Assembly (NCBI GenBank): GCA_963747755.1
Contig: CAVVGK010000001.1
Coordinates: 21,024-85,023 of the forward strand
Source: an uncultured Ignavibacteria bacterium
GTDB taxonomy: Bacteria > Bacteroidota > Ignavibacteria > Ignavibacteriales > Ignavibacteriaceae
Direction of reading: 5' to 3'
DNA: 64,000 bases
Shown here: positions 47,139 through 56,621 of the stretch, piece after piece
Position numbering within the stretch: the first letter of the stretch is position 1
How the letters are laid out: every line of letters begins with the position of its first letter
Program-made: the position numbers and the translations under genes
Notes under the pieces: model-generated
Told to the model about the DNA's origin: nothing
The model's input: the letters and a program-made list of their open reading frames with translations, nothing else
The model's database searches: none

Positions 47139-48065
47139 ATGAAACTTGGATTTTTAACTGCCTGTCTTCCGGATTTAAGTCTTGAGGAACTCGTAAAATT
47201 TGCATCCGGGCAGGGATTTAAAACACTTGAACTTGCAGCGTGGCCTGTGGATTCTTCAAGAGATTACCAGGCAAGGCAGATAGATGCGGCGAAGTTCAAT
47301 AAATCTGATGCCGCAAGGGTAAAAGACCTGTTCAAGGAACATGACATTGAAATATCTGCAATGGCTTACTATGATAATAATCTTCATCCTGATCCTGGAC
47401 AGCGGAAGAAATACCTGAAACATCTTAAAAAAGTTATCGATACTGCCCGGCTGCTGGATGTGGAATTCGTAGGTACTTTTGCAGGAAGCCGCCCGGATAA
47501 AACACCGAATGAAAACATTAAAGAGATAGGTAAAGTATTTAAGGATATACTTAAATATGCAGATGACCAGGGTGTGAAAATAATGATAGAAAATTGTCCT
47601 ATGGAAAACTGGGTTAAATTCGGACTCCCGGGCAATTATGCTTATTCGCCGGAATTATGGGATGCCTTATTTAATGAATTACCATCTGAGAACTTCGGAT
47701 TAAATTTCGATCCTTCTCATCTTTACTGGCTGGGAATCGATTACCTCCAGGCTGCAGAGGATTATGCTTCAAAAATATTTCATGCTCATGCCAAGGATAC
47801 AGAGATCCTGGCAGAGGGTGAATATAAATATGGATTATTCGGGAGACAGATTGATCCGATACCGTGGAAATCCGGATGGTGGCGTTACAGGATGCCGGGA
47901 CTTGGCGAAATTGACTGGAGTAAGTTTATTTCGGTACTGCAGGAAAACGGCTACGACTATGTCCTTTCAATTGAACACGAAGATCCCATCTGGGAAGGGA
48001 GTGAAGAAAAAGTAAAGACAGGACTGAAGCTTGGTTATAAATATCTCTCACAATTTGTAGTGTAA
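47139..48065 (+). CDS. Sugar phosphate isomerase/epimerase (xylose-isomerase-like TIM barrel)
   Basis: It carries LELAAWP, IMIENCP, FDPSHLYW, HAKD and SIEHED, the typical metal-ligand contexts of the AP_endonuc_2 fold. Confidence 0.8.
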   Translation: MKLGFLTACLPDLSLEELVKFASGQGFKTLELAAWPVDSSRDYQARQIDAAKFNKSDAARVKDLFKEHDIEISAMAYYDNNLHPDPGQRKKYLKHLKKVIDTARLLDVEFVGTFAGSRPDKTPNENIKEIGKVFKDILKYADDQGVKIMIENCPMENWVKFGLPGNYAYSPELWDALFNELPSENFGLNFDPSHLYWLGIDYLQAAEDYASKIFHAHAKDTEILAEGEYKYGLFGRQIDPIPWKSGWWRYRMPGLGEIDWSKFISVLQENGYDYVLSIEHEDPIWEGSEEKVKTGLKLGYKYLSQFVV

Positions 48066-48069
48066 TCAT

Positions 48070-50196
48070 ATGCGCAAACTTCTCTCAAAAGAATATTTTC
48101 CGTTCGGATCGCAGTATTATCGTGCCCCTTCTCCTCATAAAGAGGAATGGGAATCTGACCTGAAGAAGATGTCGGAACTTGGATTTAATACTGTAAAGTT
48201 CTGGGTTCAGTGGAGGTGGAATAACCCCTCCGAAGGAGAGTTCTATTTTGATGATATTGATGAATTAATGGACCTTGCAGACAAATATAATCTGAGGGTA
48301 ATGCTGAATACCATTTTTGATGTTGCTCCTGCCTGGATCTATAAAAAATTTCCTGATGCGTCAATGATTACCCTTTCAGGAAGGAAAATCGGTCCCCAGA
48401 CACAGCCGCACAGGCAGATTGGCGGACTTGGTTACTGCTTTAATCATGATGGGGTTACCGGTCATATGATCCAGTTTCTTTCAGAAACACTTAAAAGGTA
48501 CAAAGACCATCCTGCGCTGGAAATATGGAATGTAGGGAGTGAACCCGAACTTACCAGCAGTATGGCTGAAATGCGGGCTTATGCAGATAATGCCGATAAA
48601 ATAGGGGATATGCTTTGCTACTGCCGCAACTGCGAGACCAAATTTAAAACCTGGCTCAGGAACAAATATGGGGATATAGCAAAACTTAATATTAGCTGGA
48701 ACCGCAACTACCAGGTCTTTGAAGATGTTGAGATTCCGAAAACACGAAATACTTTCAATGATATGATCGATTGGAGAATGTTTTTCGTTGATACGATCGG
48801 AGAAAATGTAAAAAAGAGATTTGAAATAGCAGAGTGGATTGATGATGGAAAACACCCGCTGATGTGTCATCATGTATTTATCCAGGGCTTTCCCGTCACG
48901 TCGACAGCAAGTGATCCATGGAATGTAGGCAGATTCGGGGATCTGCATGGATTTACCCAGATGGACGATGCCGCAATGATCGATATTCTCCGGTCTTGTG
49001 CTAAGGACAAGCCTGTAATTTCTGCTGAAATGCTTATGCTTCCGGGATATACACTCGACCTTCCACGAAAAATAAACTCAAATGATATTAAGCGGTTTGT
49101 ATTCACCGGAATAGCAGGCAACCTGAAAGGATTTATTTTCTGGCAGTACAGACCCGAAATCCTCGGACGCGAAACACCTGCCTGGGGACTAACGTACCTG
49201 GACGGCAGTTCAACTCCCTGGCTTGAATCTTATGCCGAAACGGGAAAGGTGCTGCAAAAAAATGCTTCATTCCTTCTGGATGCAAAACCCGGGAAAGCAG
49301 AAATTGCCATTTTGTACAATCCTGAAAACCAGGTATTCGCCTGGGAGGCGACAGGGAATGAAAAGAGTGCGACTGATTCTCTTCTTGGAATTCACCGCTC
49401 TTTATATGAACATAACTTTATAACAGATTTTATACATCCCCGCGAGTTCCCATCCGTTCTTCAAAACTATAAGGTTCTCATTTTACCTTTCCCTTATTTA
49501 CTTAATGAACAGATCACTTCGGTGATCGAAGGATGGGTGAGGAACGGCGGGGTTTTGATTTCAGAAAGTTATACAGCCGGATGGAACCGGGAGAATGGCC
49601 ATCACGAAAAAATAGTTCCCGGTTACGGACTGCATAAAGTTTTTGGAGTAAGGCAGATGACAGCTGAACCCGCAGATAATGAAGGCAGGGTTGAGATCAT
49701 AACATCAAAAGAAATTCCTTTTATTAAAAAAGGTACAATTGTCTACGGCTCATTTGTAAAAGAAACATTTAAAACTGAAGGAGCTAAAGTACTAGCCAAG
49801 TTTCAGAATGGTGAACCGGCAATAACATACAATGAATATGGAAAAGGAAAAGCAATCCAGGCAGGTTCATACCTGGGTTTAGTATATCACAGGGAGAGAA
49901 TAAAATCCAACGGGGAATTAATTTCCGGTCTGGTAGAATACTGCCTTAAAATAAAAAGGCCGGAAACGAATAAAAAAATAAGAATAGATGTACTGGAAAC
50001 AGATGAGAAGCAGATGATTATAATTCAGAACCTCGAAAAGAAAAACCAGGCTGCGCAAATAAAAATACCAGGTGAAAAACCGAAAACATTTGTCGAACAA
50101 TTTTCAGGAAGGAAAATAAAGCCGCAGAAACAAAAAGGTGAAGCCGGCCTGAACATTAAACTCGCCCCGCAGGAGGTGCAGGTTTATATTGCCTGA
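48070..50196 (+). CDS. GH42 beta-galactosidase
   Basis: FGSQYYRAPSPHKEEWESDLKKMSELGFNTVKFWVQWRWNNPSEGEFYF and WNVGSEPE are present. It has no signal peptide and the typical ~700-aa, three-domain length. Confidence 0.8.
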   Translation: MRKLLSKEYFPFGSQYYRAPSPHKEEWESDLKKMSELGFNTVKFWVQWRWNNPSEGEFYFDDIDELMDLADKYNLRVMLNTIFDVAPAWIYKKFPDASMITLSGRKIGPQTQPHRQIGGLGYCFNHDGVTGHMIQFLSETLKRYKDHPALEIWNVGSEPELTSSMAEMRAYADNADKIGDMLCYCRNCETKFKTWLRNKYGDIAKLNISWNRNYQVFEDVEIPKTRNTFNDMIDWRMFFVDTIGENVKKRFEIAEWIDDGKHPLMCHHVFIQGFPVTSTASDPWNVGRFGDLHGFTQMDDAAMIDILRSCAKDKPVISAEMLMLPGYTLDLPRKINSNDIKRFVFTGIAGNLKGFIFWQYRPEILGRETPAWGLTYLDGSSTPWLESYAETGKVLQKNASFLLDAKPGKAEIAILYNPENQVFAWEATGNEKSATDSLLGIHRSLYEHNFITDFIHPREFPSVLQNYKVLILPFPYLLNEQITSVIEGWVRNGGVLISESYTAGWNRENGHHEKIVPGYGLHKVFGVRQMTAEPADNEGRVEIITSKEIPFIKKGTIVYGSFVKETFKTEGAKVLAKFQNGEPAITYNEYGKGKAIQAGSYLGLVYHRERIKSNGELISGLVEYCLKIKRPETNKKIRIDVLETDEKQMIIIQNLEKKNQAAQIKIPGEKPKTFVEQFSGRKIKPQKQKGEAGLNIKLAPQEVQVYIA

Positions 50197-51460
50197 AATA
50201 TTCAAGTCCAGGCACTTTAAGGATGAGCAGGTAAAAAAAAATTTCTTCCTCAATGTGGCTGATGGATCAATATATTCTTTTGCAATGAGCTTTGTTTCAC
50301 TGCAGACTGTTCTGCCTGTTTTTGTAAAAAAAATAAGCGGCAGCGATATTGCAGTCGGGTTGATCCCCGTTATCTGGCTGGTGGGGTTCAATTTTCCGCA
50401 GATCTTTATTTCAAATCATGTCAGGCAGCTTGGTTATAAAAAACCGTGGATGCTTAAAACTGCACTGGTGCAGCGGATTCCGTGGCTCATACTTGCATTT
50501 CTTTCATACTTTCTGATCGAAAGTGTTGAAAGCGGTACAGCACTGATAATTATTTTTTCAGGACTTGCTTTAGCTGCATTCGGCGGGAGTATTAATCTTC
50601 CCGGGTGGTTCGATCTGATCTCTAAAATTACGCCTGTCCAGCTCAGAGGAAGGTTATTCGCTTACCGGTCTGTGCTTGGTGCTGTCATGGGTATTTTCGG
50701 AGGATGGGTTGTCTCCCTGGTACTGGATTCTATCGACTACCCTGATAATTTCGCATTGCTTTTTCTTCTCGCATTTATAGTTACGATGGTTTCTTATAGT
50801 TTTCTTGTTTTTCTAAAAGAAGATAAGCCCAATCATCCCCAGAAAAGATTTACACACAGGGAATTCCTTGGAAGGCTGAGTATAATTTTAAAGGAGGAGA
50901 AAAATTTCAGGAATTTTATCGTGGCTGATTCATTGATGATGCTTGCACTTATGGCCAATGCTTTCCTTGCAGTTAATGCTCTTGAAAAGTTCTCACTACC
51001 GGATGCTTATGCAGGTTATTTTACTATTGTTATGATGGTAAGCATGGCAGCCGGAAGCTTATACTTTGGATACCTTGCCGATAAAAAAGGACATAAACTT
51101 AATTTAATGTGGGCATCAATATTTACACTGACTACCTGCTTAGCAGCACTTTTGTCACCGACGATAGAAATTTATTTTATCTGCTTTGCCGCTTCAGCAT
51201 TAACAATTACATTGAGCATGGTCTCAAGGTTAACTATTATTGCAGAAATATGTATGGAGGATGACCGTCCCACGTATATTTCCCTGACGAACCTGATCAC
51301 AGCTCCGTTCGTTTTATCGGGACTTCTCGGCGGATGGATAGCCTCATCATTCGGATATAATGCAGTTTTCATCATTGCAGGCATATTTGCTGCTTCAGCA
51401 TATGTATGGCTCAGCCTCAAAGTAATCGAACCAAGAAACATTCACCCAGTCAATAACTAA
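50189..51460 (+). CDS. MFS transporter
   Basis: Many hydrophobic segments are spread across 423 aa, with a central hydrophilic loop (KEDKPNHPQKRFTHREF). The start is uncertain (TTG 50189 overlaps the GH42 stop). Confidence 0.75.
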   Translation: MPEIFKSRHFKDEQVKKNFFLNVADGSIYSFAMSFVSLQTVLPVFVKKISGSDIAVGLIPVIWLVGFNFPQIFISNHVRQLGYKKPWMLKTALVQRIPWLILAFLSYFLIESVESGTALIIIFSGLALAAFGGSINLPGWFDLISKITPVQLRGRLFAYRSVLGAVMGIFGGWVVSLVLDSIDYPDNFALLFLLAFIVTMVSYSFLVFLKEDKPNHPQKRFTHREFLGRLSIILKEEKNFRNFIVADSLMMLALMANAFLAVNALEKFSLPDAYAGYFTIVMMVSMAAGSLYFGYLADKKGHKLNLMWASIFTLTTCLAALLSPTIEIYFICFAASALTITLSMVSRLTIIAEICMEDDRPTYISLTNLITAPFVLSGLLGGWIASSFGYNAVFIIAGIFAASAYVWLSLKVIEPRNIHPVNN

Positions 51461-51470
51461 TCAATTTTGC

Positions 51471-53162
51471 ATGAAAAAAATATCAAGAAGAAACTTTATC
51501 CGGAATTCAGCAATGGCAGGCGTAGGAACCCTTGTTTCTGCGAGCGCATTGTTGTCAGCTCCTTCTTTGCTGCTTGATAAACGGGTAAGCAGATCGACTC
51601 AGCAGGGCGAACTCCTGTTTAAGCCGTGGTTTGTTCAGAACGGGAAAGGTCCTCATCTTTACTCGCTCTCATGGGCCACAGATAAAAACTGGGATACTTT
51701 CTACTCAGATATACATATTGATGACAGCAAAGGGTTGATCATCTCCGATGTAAAGGGGAAAAATAAATTTGGTATAAACGTACGATGGGATGTTGAAGGT
51801 TTCGGCTGGACGAATATAACTGCTGATAATAATGGTGAATTTTATACACTTCCTCCTGATGGAAAAGAGATCGATCTTAATCTGAATTACGAGCTATGCG
51901 GCAGCAGGGTCACACGCAACAGAAGCCGGCTGAAATATCTTTCGTCAGGCGGATGGAGACCGTCTGCCGAGGTCACAATGCTGGTAAACCTATCGGAGCA
52001 ATTTTATGAAGATGCGAGGAAAAATTATTCTGACGGTGAAAAATGCGCCTCTCTTGCGCAGAACGGATTGTTGTATGCCCTGTGGGGCAGTGAAAAAATG
52101 GAACTTGAAAAGGCTTCGTATGATATCCTTCAGCGGGGGCGGAGAAACGATTTTTATATAGGATGTGATGCCCGGGCTTTTTACCAGATGTACCAGGATA
52201 AATTTCTTAAGCTGTTCCCGGAACTTTTTAATTATGCAAATATAACTTTTGTAGCAAAAGGTGACGGGATGATGTCCGATTATCAATCGGGTCCTGCAGA
52301 AATAAATCCTGAAACCAGGGAACTGCTGATAAATAAACTGAATGAAAGAGATATCAAGTGCCAGGAGAGACTGCTGTTCTGGTTCCATGATTGCTGTATT
52401 CCTGATTGGCTGAGGAATATGAAATACGACGATCTCCTAAAGTATGCTGAGAAACTGACAAAAGAAACTATGAGAAAGTTCGGTGATAAACTTTATGCAA
52501 TGGAAGTTGTAAACGAACTACATGACTGGGCTAATGAACTCCACCTTGACCATAAACAGATTACAGAGCTGGTAAGGTTAATAAACGATGTTGCCAAAGC
52601 GGAAGCCCCGGATGTTAAAAGAACGATAAATAACTGCTGTCCTTTTGCTGAGTATGTACAGATGCACAGCTATTCAGGAAGTCCCGCCGTGTATCCCCAG
52701 AGAACGCCTTACCAGTTTTCTAAGGATTTAATTGAAGCAGGGATTGATTTCGATATTCTCGAACAGCAAATGTATTATCCTTACAGGGACTTGCAGGACA
52801 GCATCTTAATCATAGAAAAACTGGCTTCACTTGGAAAACCTATGCAAATATCTGAAATAGGCTGCCCTGGCGGACCAACAAACAGGTCGGTTAAACTGGA
52901 TGAAGTCAAAATCTCAAATGAACCTTATTTATGGCATCAGCCATGGGACGAACATATTCAGGCAAACTGGCTTGAGGATATCTATACTCTTATTTTCAGT
53001 AAACCTTACATACATGCAGGAAACTGGTTCGATTTTGTTGATCCTTATTCATATATGGAGAACGGAGGACTGCTGCGTTCACCCGAAGGTGAGAAAAAAG
53101 AGGCTTTTATACGGATGGAGCAGTTGAAAAACAGGTTTGAAAACCTTCCGGAAAAATCATAA
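51471..53162 (+). CDS. GH10-like (clan GH-A) hydrolase paralogue 1, Tat-exported, with an uncharacterised N-terminal domain
   Basis: Twin-arginine signal SRRNFIRNSAMAGVGTL. MEVVNELHDWAN gives the acid/base context and MQISEIGCPGG the nucleophile context. INNCCPFAEY is also present. Confidence 0.65.
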   Translation: MKKISRRNFIRNSAMAGVGTLVSASALLSAPSLLLDKRVSRSTQQGELLFKPWFVQNGKGPHLYSLSWATDKNWDTFYSDIHIDDSKGLIISDVKGKNKFGINVRWDVEGFGWTNITADNNGEFYTLPPDGKEIDLNLNYELCGSRVTRNRSRLKYLSSGGWRPSAEVTMLVNLSEQFYEDARKNYSDGEKCASLAQNGLLYALWGSEKMELEKASYDILQRGRRNDFYIGCDARAFYQMYQDKFLKLFPELFNYANITFVAKGDGMMSDYQSGPAEINPETRELLINKLNERDIKCQERLLFWFHDCCIPDWLRNMKYDDLLKYAEKLTKETMRKFGDKLYAMEVVNELHDWANELHLDHKQITELVRLINDVAKAEAPDVKRTINNCCPFAEYVQMHSYSGSPAVYPQRTPYQFSKDLIEAGIDFDILEQQMYYPYRDLQDSILIIEKLASLGKPMQISEIGCPGGPTNRSVKLDEVKISNEPYLWHQPWDEHIQANWLEDIYTLIFSKPYIHAGNWFDFVDPYSYMENGGLLRSPEGEKKEAFIRMEQLKNRFENLPEKS

Positions 53163-53403
53163 TCAACCGGGTATAATGACGGTTTAATCCAGTAGTAGAG
53201 ACGGTTCAAGGACGGTTCAACGCTTATTTTTGATGGATTTTGTTGAGATATTAAACAGTGCAGGGAAATTAAAGAATTATTTGATGCCAATACCAAATAA
53301 TATTCTTAGATAAGGCATTATATAATTTTTTACTCTCTATTTCAAATGGCCCGAAAAGAATTAATAAAAACTAATATAATCATAGTAGAGTTATTGATAA
53401 AAA

Positions 53404-55032
53404 ATGACAAAAAAAATATTGAAAGAGTCCAGCATTGCAGGCATTAATGCTGAAATAATTACTGAATCCAGAACAAGAACGGTTACCGAACAGGGGGAAC
53501 TGATCTTTAAACCCTATTATGTGCAGAGAGGAGTTGGTCCTAACCTGCTCGATTGGGCATATGCTTCAGATGATAACTGGGATGCATTTCACTCAAACAT
53601 CACTGCTTCCAAAGATGGAGTAAAAATATCTGATACAGAAGGGAAAGAAAAGTTCGGGATTGATGTCAGGTGGAATGTTGAAGGATTCGGCTACATATTT
53701 ATTACTGCTGATAACGGCGGAGAATATTACACCCTCCCTTCGAAAGGTGAGTCAAGGACATTAAACCTTAACTATGAGCTTGCCAAAAGCAGGGTGTTGA
53801 GGAACAGAAGAAGGATTGAACTTCATAAATCAAAAGGATGGATACCTTCATATGAGATTATGTCATTTGTTAATCTTTCAAATGAGTTATATGAAGATGC
53901 CACACGCAATTTAAATGACGGGGAGAAATGCGGAGAACTTGCCCAGAAAAGTCTCCTTTATGCGATGTGGGCGGGAGAAAAAATAGAACTGGAAAAAGCC
54001 CGCTTTGATATTCAGAAGAACGGATTCAGAAAAGACTTTTTTATCGGATGCGATGCCCGCGGCTTCACGCAGATGGATCCTGATTTATTTATGGAATTAT
54101 TTACCAATGTATTTGATTATGCAACTATAACATATTACCTGATGAGCGGGTCGTATCAGGACTTTGAACCGCAGGAAGGCCAGACTCAGTATGACATGCG
54201 CGATGTACTATTTAAGAGGCTTAAAAATAATAATATTACTGTAGAGGGAAGACCTATTTACTGGCCTTACAAGACGGTCACTCCTGATTGGCTTAGAAAC
54301 AAATCCTACGACGAGGTGCTTAAATATGTCGAGAAACATGCCAGGGAAGCTGTAAGTCATTACGGTGATGGTATGTATGCGTGGGAGATAGTTAACGAGT
54401 CACATGACTGGGCTAATGAGATGCAGCTGACCCCCGATCAGATTACAAACGTTACAAAACTTGCCTGTCAGGTTGCGAAGGATACTAATCCGAATGTAGG
54501 GAGACTCATAAATAACTGCTGTCCTTACGCCGAATATGTTCAGCTGAAAAAGTGGGGAGAGCTTGACGCAAAATATCCTCAGAGAACGCCTCACCAGTTT
54601 ATGCAGGATCTTGTTGATAATGATGTTGAATTTACAATAACAGGTCAGCAGATGTACTTCCCGTTCAGGGACCTTGCGGATACCATTATTCTGATAGAAA
54701 GACTTGAAATGTTTGGAAGACCTGTTCAGCTTACAGAAGTAGGTGCGTCATCGGGACCCTCAAAAGCGTCTATCGAAAATGGTTCACTTGAAATTTCCAA
54801 TGACCCCTATATCTGGCATCGCAACTGGGACCAGGACCTTCAGGCTGAATGGCTTGAAGGACTTTACACCATGGCTTACAGCAAACCGTGGATCGAGGCT
54901 GTCAACTGGTATGATTTCGTTGATCCTTACTCGTGGATAAAGAACGGGGGACTGATTGCTTCACCGCAGGGAGAAAAAAAAGCTGCCTATGAACGACTCA
55001 TCAAACTTCAGAAGGAATGGAAAAGGAAATAA
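53404..55032 (+). CDS. GH10-like hydrolase paralogue 2, no signal peptide
   Basis: It carries WEIVNESHDWAN, VQLTEVGASSG and INNCCPYAEY, and shares the N-terminal domain (RWNVEGFGYIFITADNGGEYYTLP). Confidence 0.65.
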   Translation: MTKKILKESSIAGINAEIITESRTRTVTEQGELIFKPYYVQRGVGPNLLDWAYASDDNWDAFHSNITASKDGVKISDTEGKEKFGIDVRWNVEGFGYIFITADNGGEYYTLPSKGESRTLNLNYELAKSRVLRNRRRIELHKSKGWIPSYEIMSFVNLSNELYEDATRNLNDGEKCGELAQKSLLYAMWAGEKIELEKARFDIQKNGFRKDFFIGCDARGFTQMDPDLFMELFTNVFDYATITYYLMSGSYQDFEPQEGQTQYDMRDVLFKRLKNNNITVEGRPIYWPYKTVTPDWLRNKSYDEVLKYVEKHAREAVSHYGDGMYAWEIVNESHDWANEMQLTPDQITNVTKLACQVAKDTNPNVGRLINNCCPYAEYVQLKKWGELDAKYPQRTPHQFMQDLVDNDVEFTITGQQMYFPFRDLADTIILIERLEMFGRPVQLTEVGASSGPSKASIENGSLEISNDPYIWHRNWDQDLQAEWLEGLYTMAYSKPWIEAVNWYDFVDPYSWIKNGGLIASPQGEKKAAYERLIKLQKEWKRK

Positions 55033-55042
55033 TTAATTGAAT

Positions 55043-56581
55043 ATGAGTGGTAAGCTTGTTTTTAAACCATATTTTGTTCAGAAGGGAGCAGGTCCTCACC
55101 TTTTCGATTTCATAATGACGATCGATGAAAAGGGTGACGCCTTCCATTCGGATATTAAGCTTACTCCCCGGGGAATAGAGATCTCAGATACTGAAGGAAG
55201 AGATAAGTTCTCTATAAGTGTGAGATGGAATGTTGAAGGTTACGGATACCTGTTTATGCCGGCTGACGGCGGCGGAGAATTTTATACTCTACCGTCAGCG
55301 GGAGAAAGAGTACTGAACCTTAATTATGAACTTGCTAAAACACGTATAGTAAAGAACCGTTCAAGAATAAAATACTTTTCAACGCAGAACTGGAAGATGG
55401 GGCCTGAAATCCGCCACCTGTTTGAGCTTTCGGAAGAATTATATAATGAGGCAGAAAAGCATAAAAATAATCCTGAAAAATGCGCTGGATTTTCACAGGA
55501 ATCGCTGAAATACTCTATAACAGCGAGTGAAATGATAGAGGTTGATAAAGCCCGTTTTGATATATCTCATAGTCCTGCCAGAAAGGATTTTCTTTTCGGC
55601 TGCGACACCCGCGGATATTTCCAGATGGAAAGCAGTGAACTTTTCCTGGAAAGATTTTCTGAAATTTTCAATTATGCAACCATTACTCACTACCTGAAGG
55701 GCGATTTTATTGATTTTGAACCGGAGGAGGGGAATAAAAAATTTGAAGAACGTGATAAGCTGCTGGGAGAACTCAGAAAAACAGGTATAGCTGTTGAAGG
55801 GCGGCCGTTATTCTGGACACATACATGGGTAACTCCTGAATGGCTGGAGAAAAAGACTTATCCTGAATTATTAAAGTATGTCGAAAAACATGTATACGAA
55901 GTTGTAAAGCACTATGGTGATAAAATAAAAGTCTGGGAAGTGGTAAATGAAATGCATGATTGGGCAAACCAGGTGCAGCTGAACCACGAACAGACGATAG
56001 AACTTACGAAGTTAGCTTGTGACACGGCAAGAGATGCTAATCCGGATATAAAACTATTAATAAACAACTGCTGTCCTTTTGCCGATTATGTTCAGCTTGG
56101 AAAATGGCATGAACTGGATGCAAAATATCCGCAGCGGACGCCCCATCAGTTTACGAAACAAATTATCGAAGCGGGAGTCGATTTCGATATAATAGGCGTA
56201 CAGGTTTATTTTGTCAACAGGACTTTGACCGAAGCAGTGCAGTCTATTGAACGTTATGAGAATATGGGAAAGAAAGTGCAGCTTGCCGAAGTTGGTGCTC
56301 CTTCCAGGGGTATTACTCAGGAGTTTACCGAGCCTGATGAGGATTTCAGCACAAAGCCCTATGAATGGCACCGTCACTGGGATGAGGAACTGCAGGCCGA
56401 CTGGCTTGAGAGCATCTTTACTTACGGTTATAGTAAACCATTTATTGAAGCTGCCAACTGGTATGATTTTGTTGATCCGTTCGGCTTCCTTAAATCCGGC
56501 GGTCTTCTTCGCACTCCACGCGGAGAAATGAAAGCAGCGTATCACAGGTTATCGGATCTCAGGAAACAGTTGGGCGTATAA
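55043..56581 (+). CDS. GH10-like hydrolase paralogue 3, no signal peptide
   Basis: It carries WEVVNEMHDWAN, VQLAEVGAPS and INNCCPFADY. The ATG at 55043 is preferred over the TTG at 55037. Confidence 0.65.
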   Translation: MSGKLVFKPYFVQKGAGPHLFDFIMTIDEKGDAFHSDIKLTPRGIEISDTEGRDKFSISVRWNVEGYGYLFMPADGGGEFYTLPSAGERVLNLNYELAKTRIVKNRSRIKYFSTQNWKMGPEIRHLFELSEELYNEAEKHKNNPEKCAGFSQESLKYSITASEMIEVDKARFDISHSPARKDFLFGCDTRGYFQMESSELFLERFSEIFNYATITHYLKGDFIDFEPEEGNKKFEERDKLLGELRKTGIAVEGRPLFWTHTWVTPEWLEKKTYPELLKYVEKHVYEVVKHYGDKIKVWEVVNEMHDWANQVQLNHEQTIELTKLACDTARDANPDIKLLINNCCPFADYVQLGKWHELDAKYPQRTPHQFTKQIIEAGVDFDIIGVQVYFVNRTLTEAVQSIERYENMGKKVQLAEVGAPSRGITQEFTEPDEDFSTKPYEWHRHWDEELQADWLESIFTYGYSKPFIEAANWYDFVDPFGFLKSGGLLRTPRGEMKAAYHRLSDLRKQLGV

Positions 56582-56621
56582 TTTTTAATTCAAATCTCAA
56601 ACACTTTTAATAAAGAATCAG

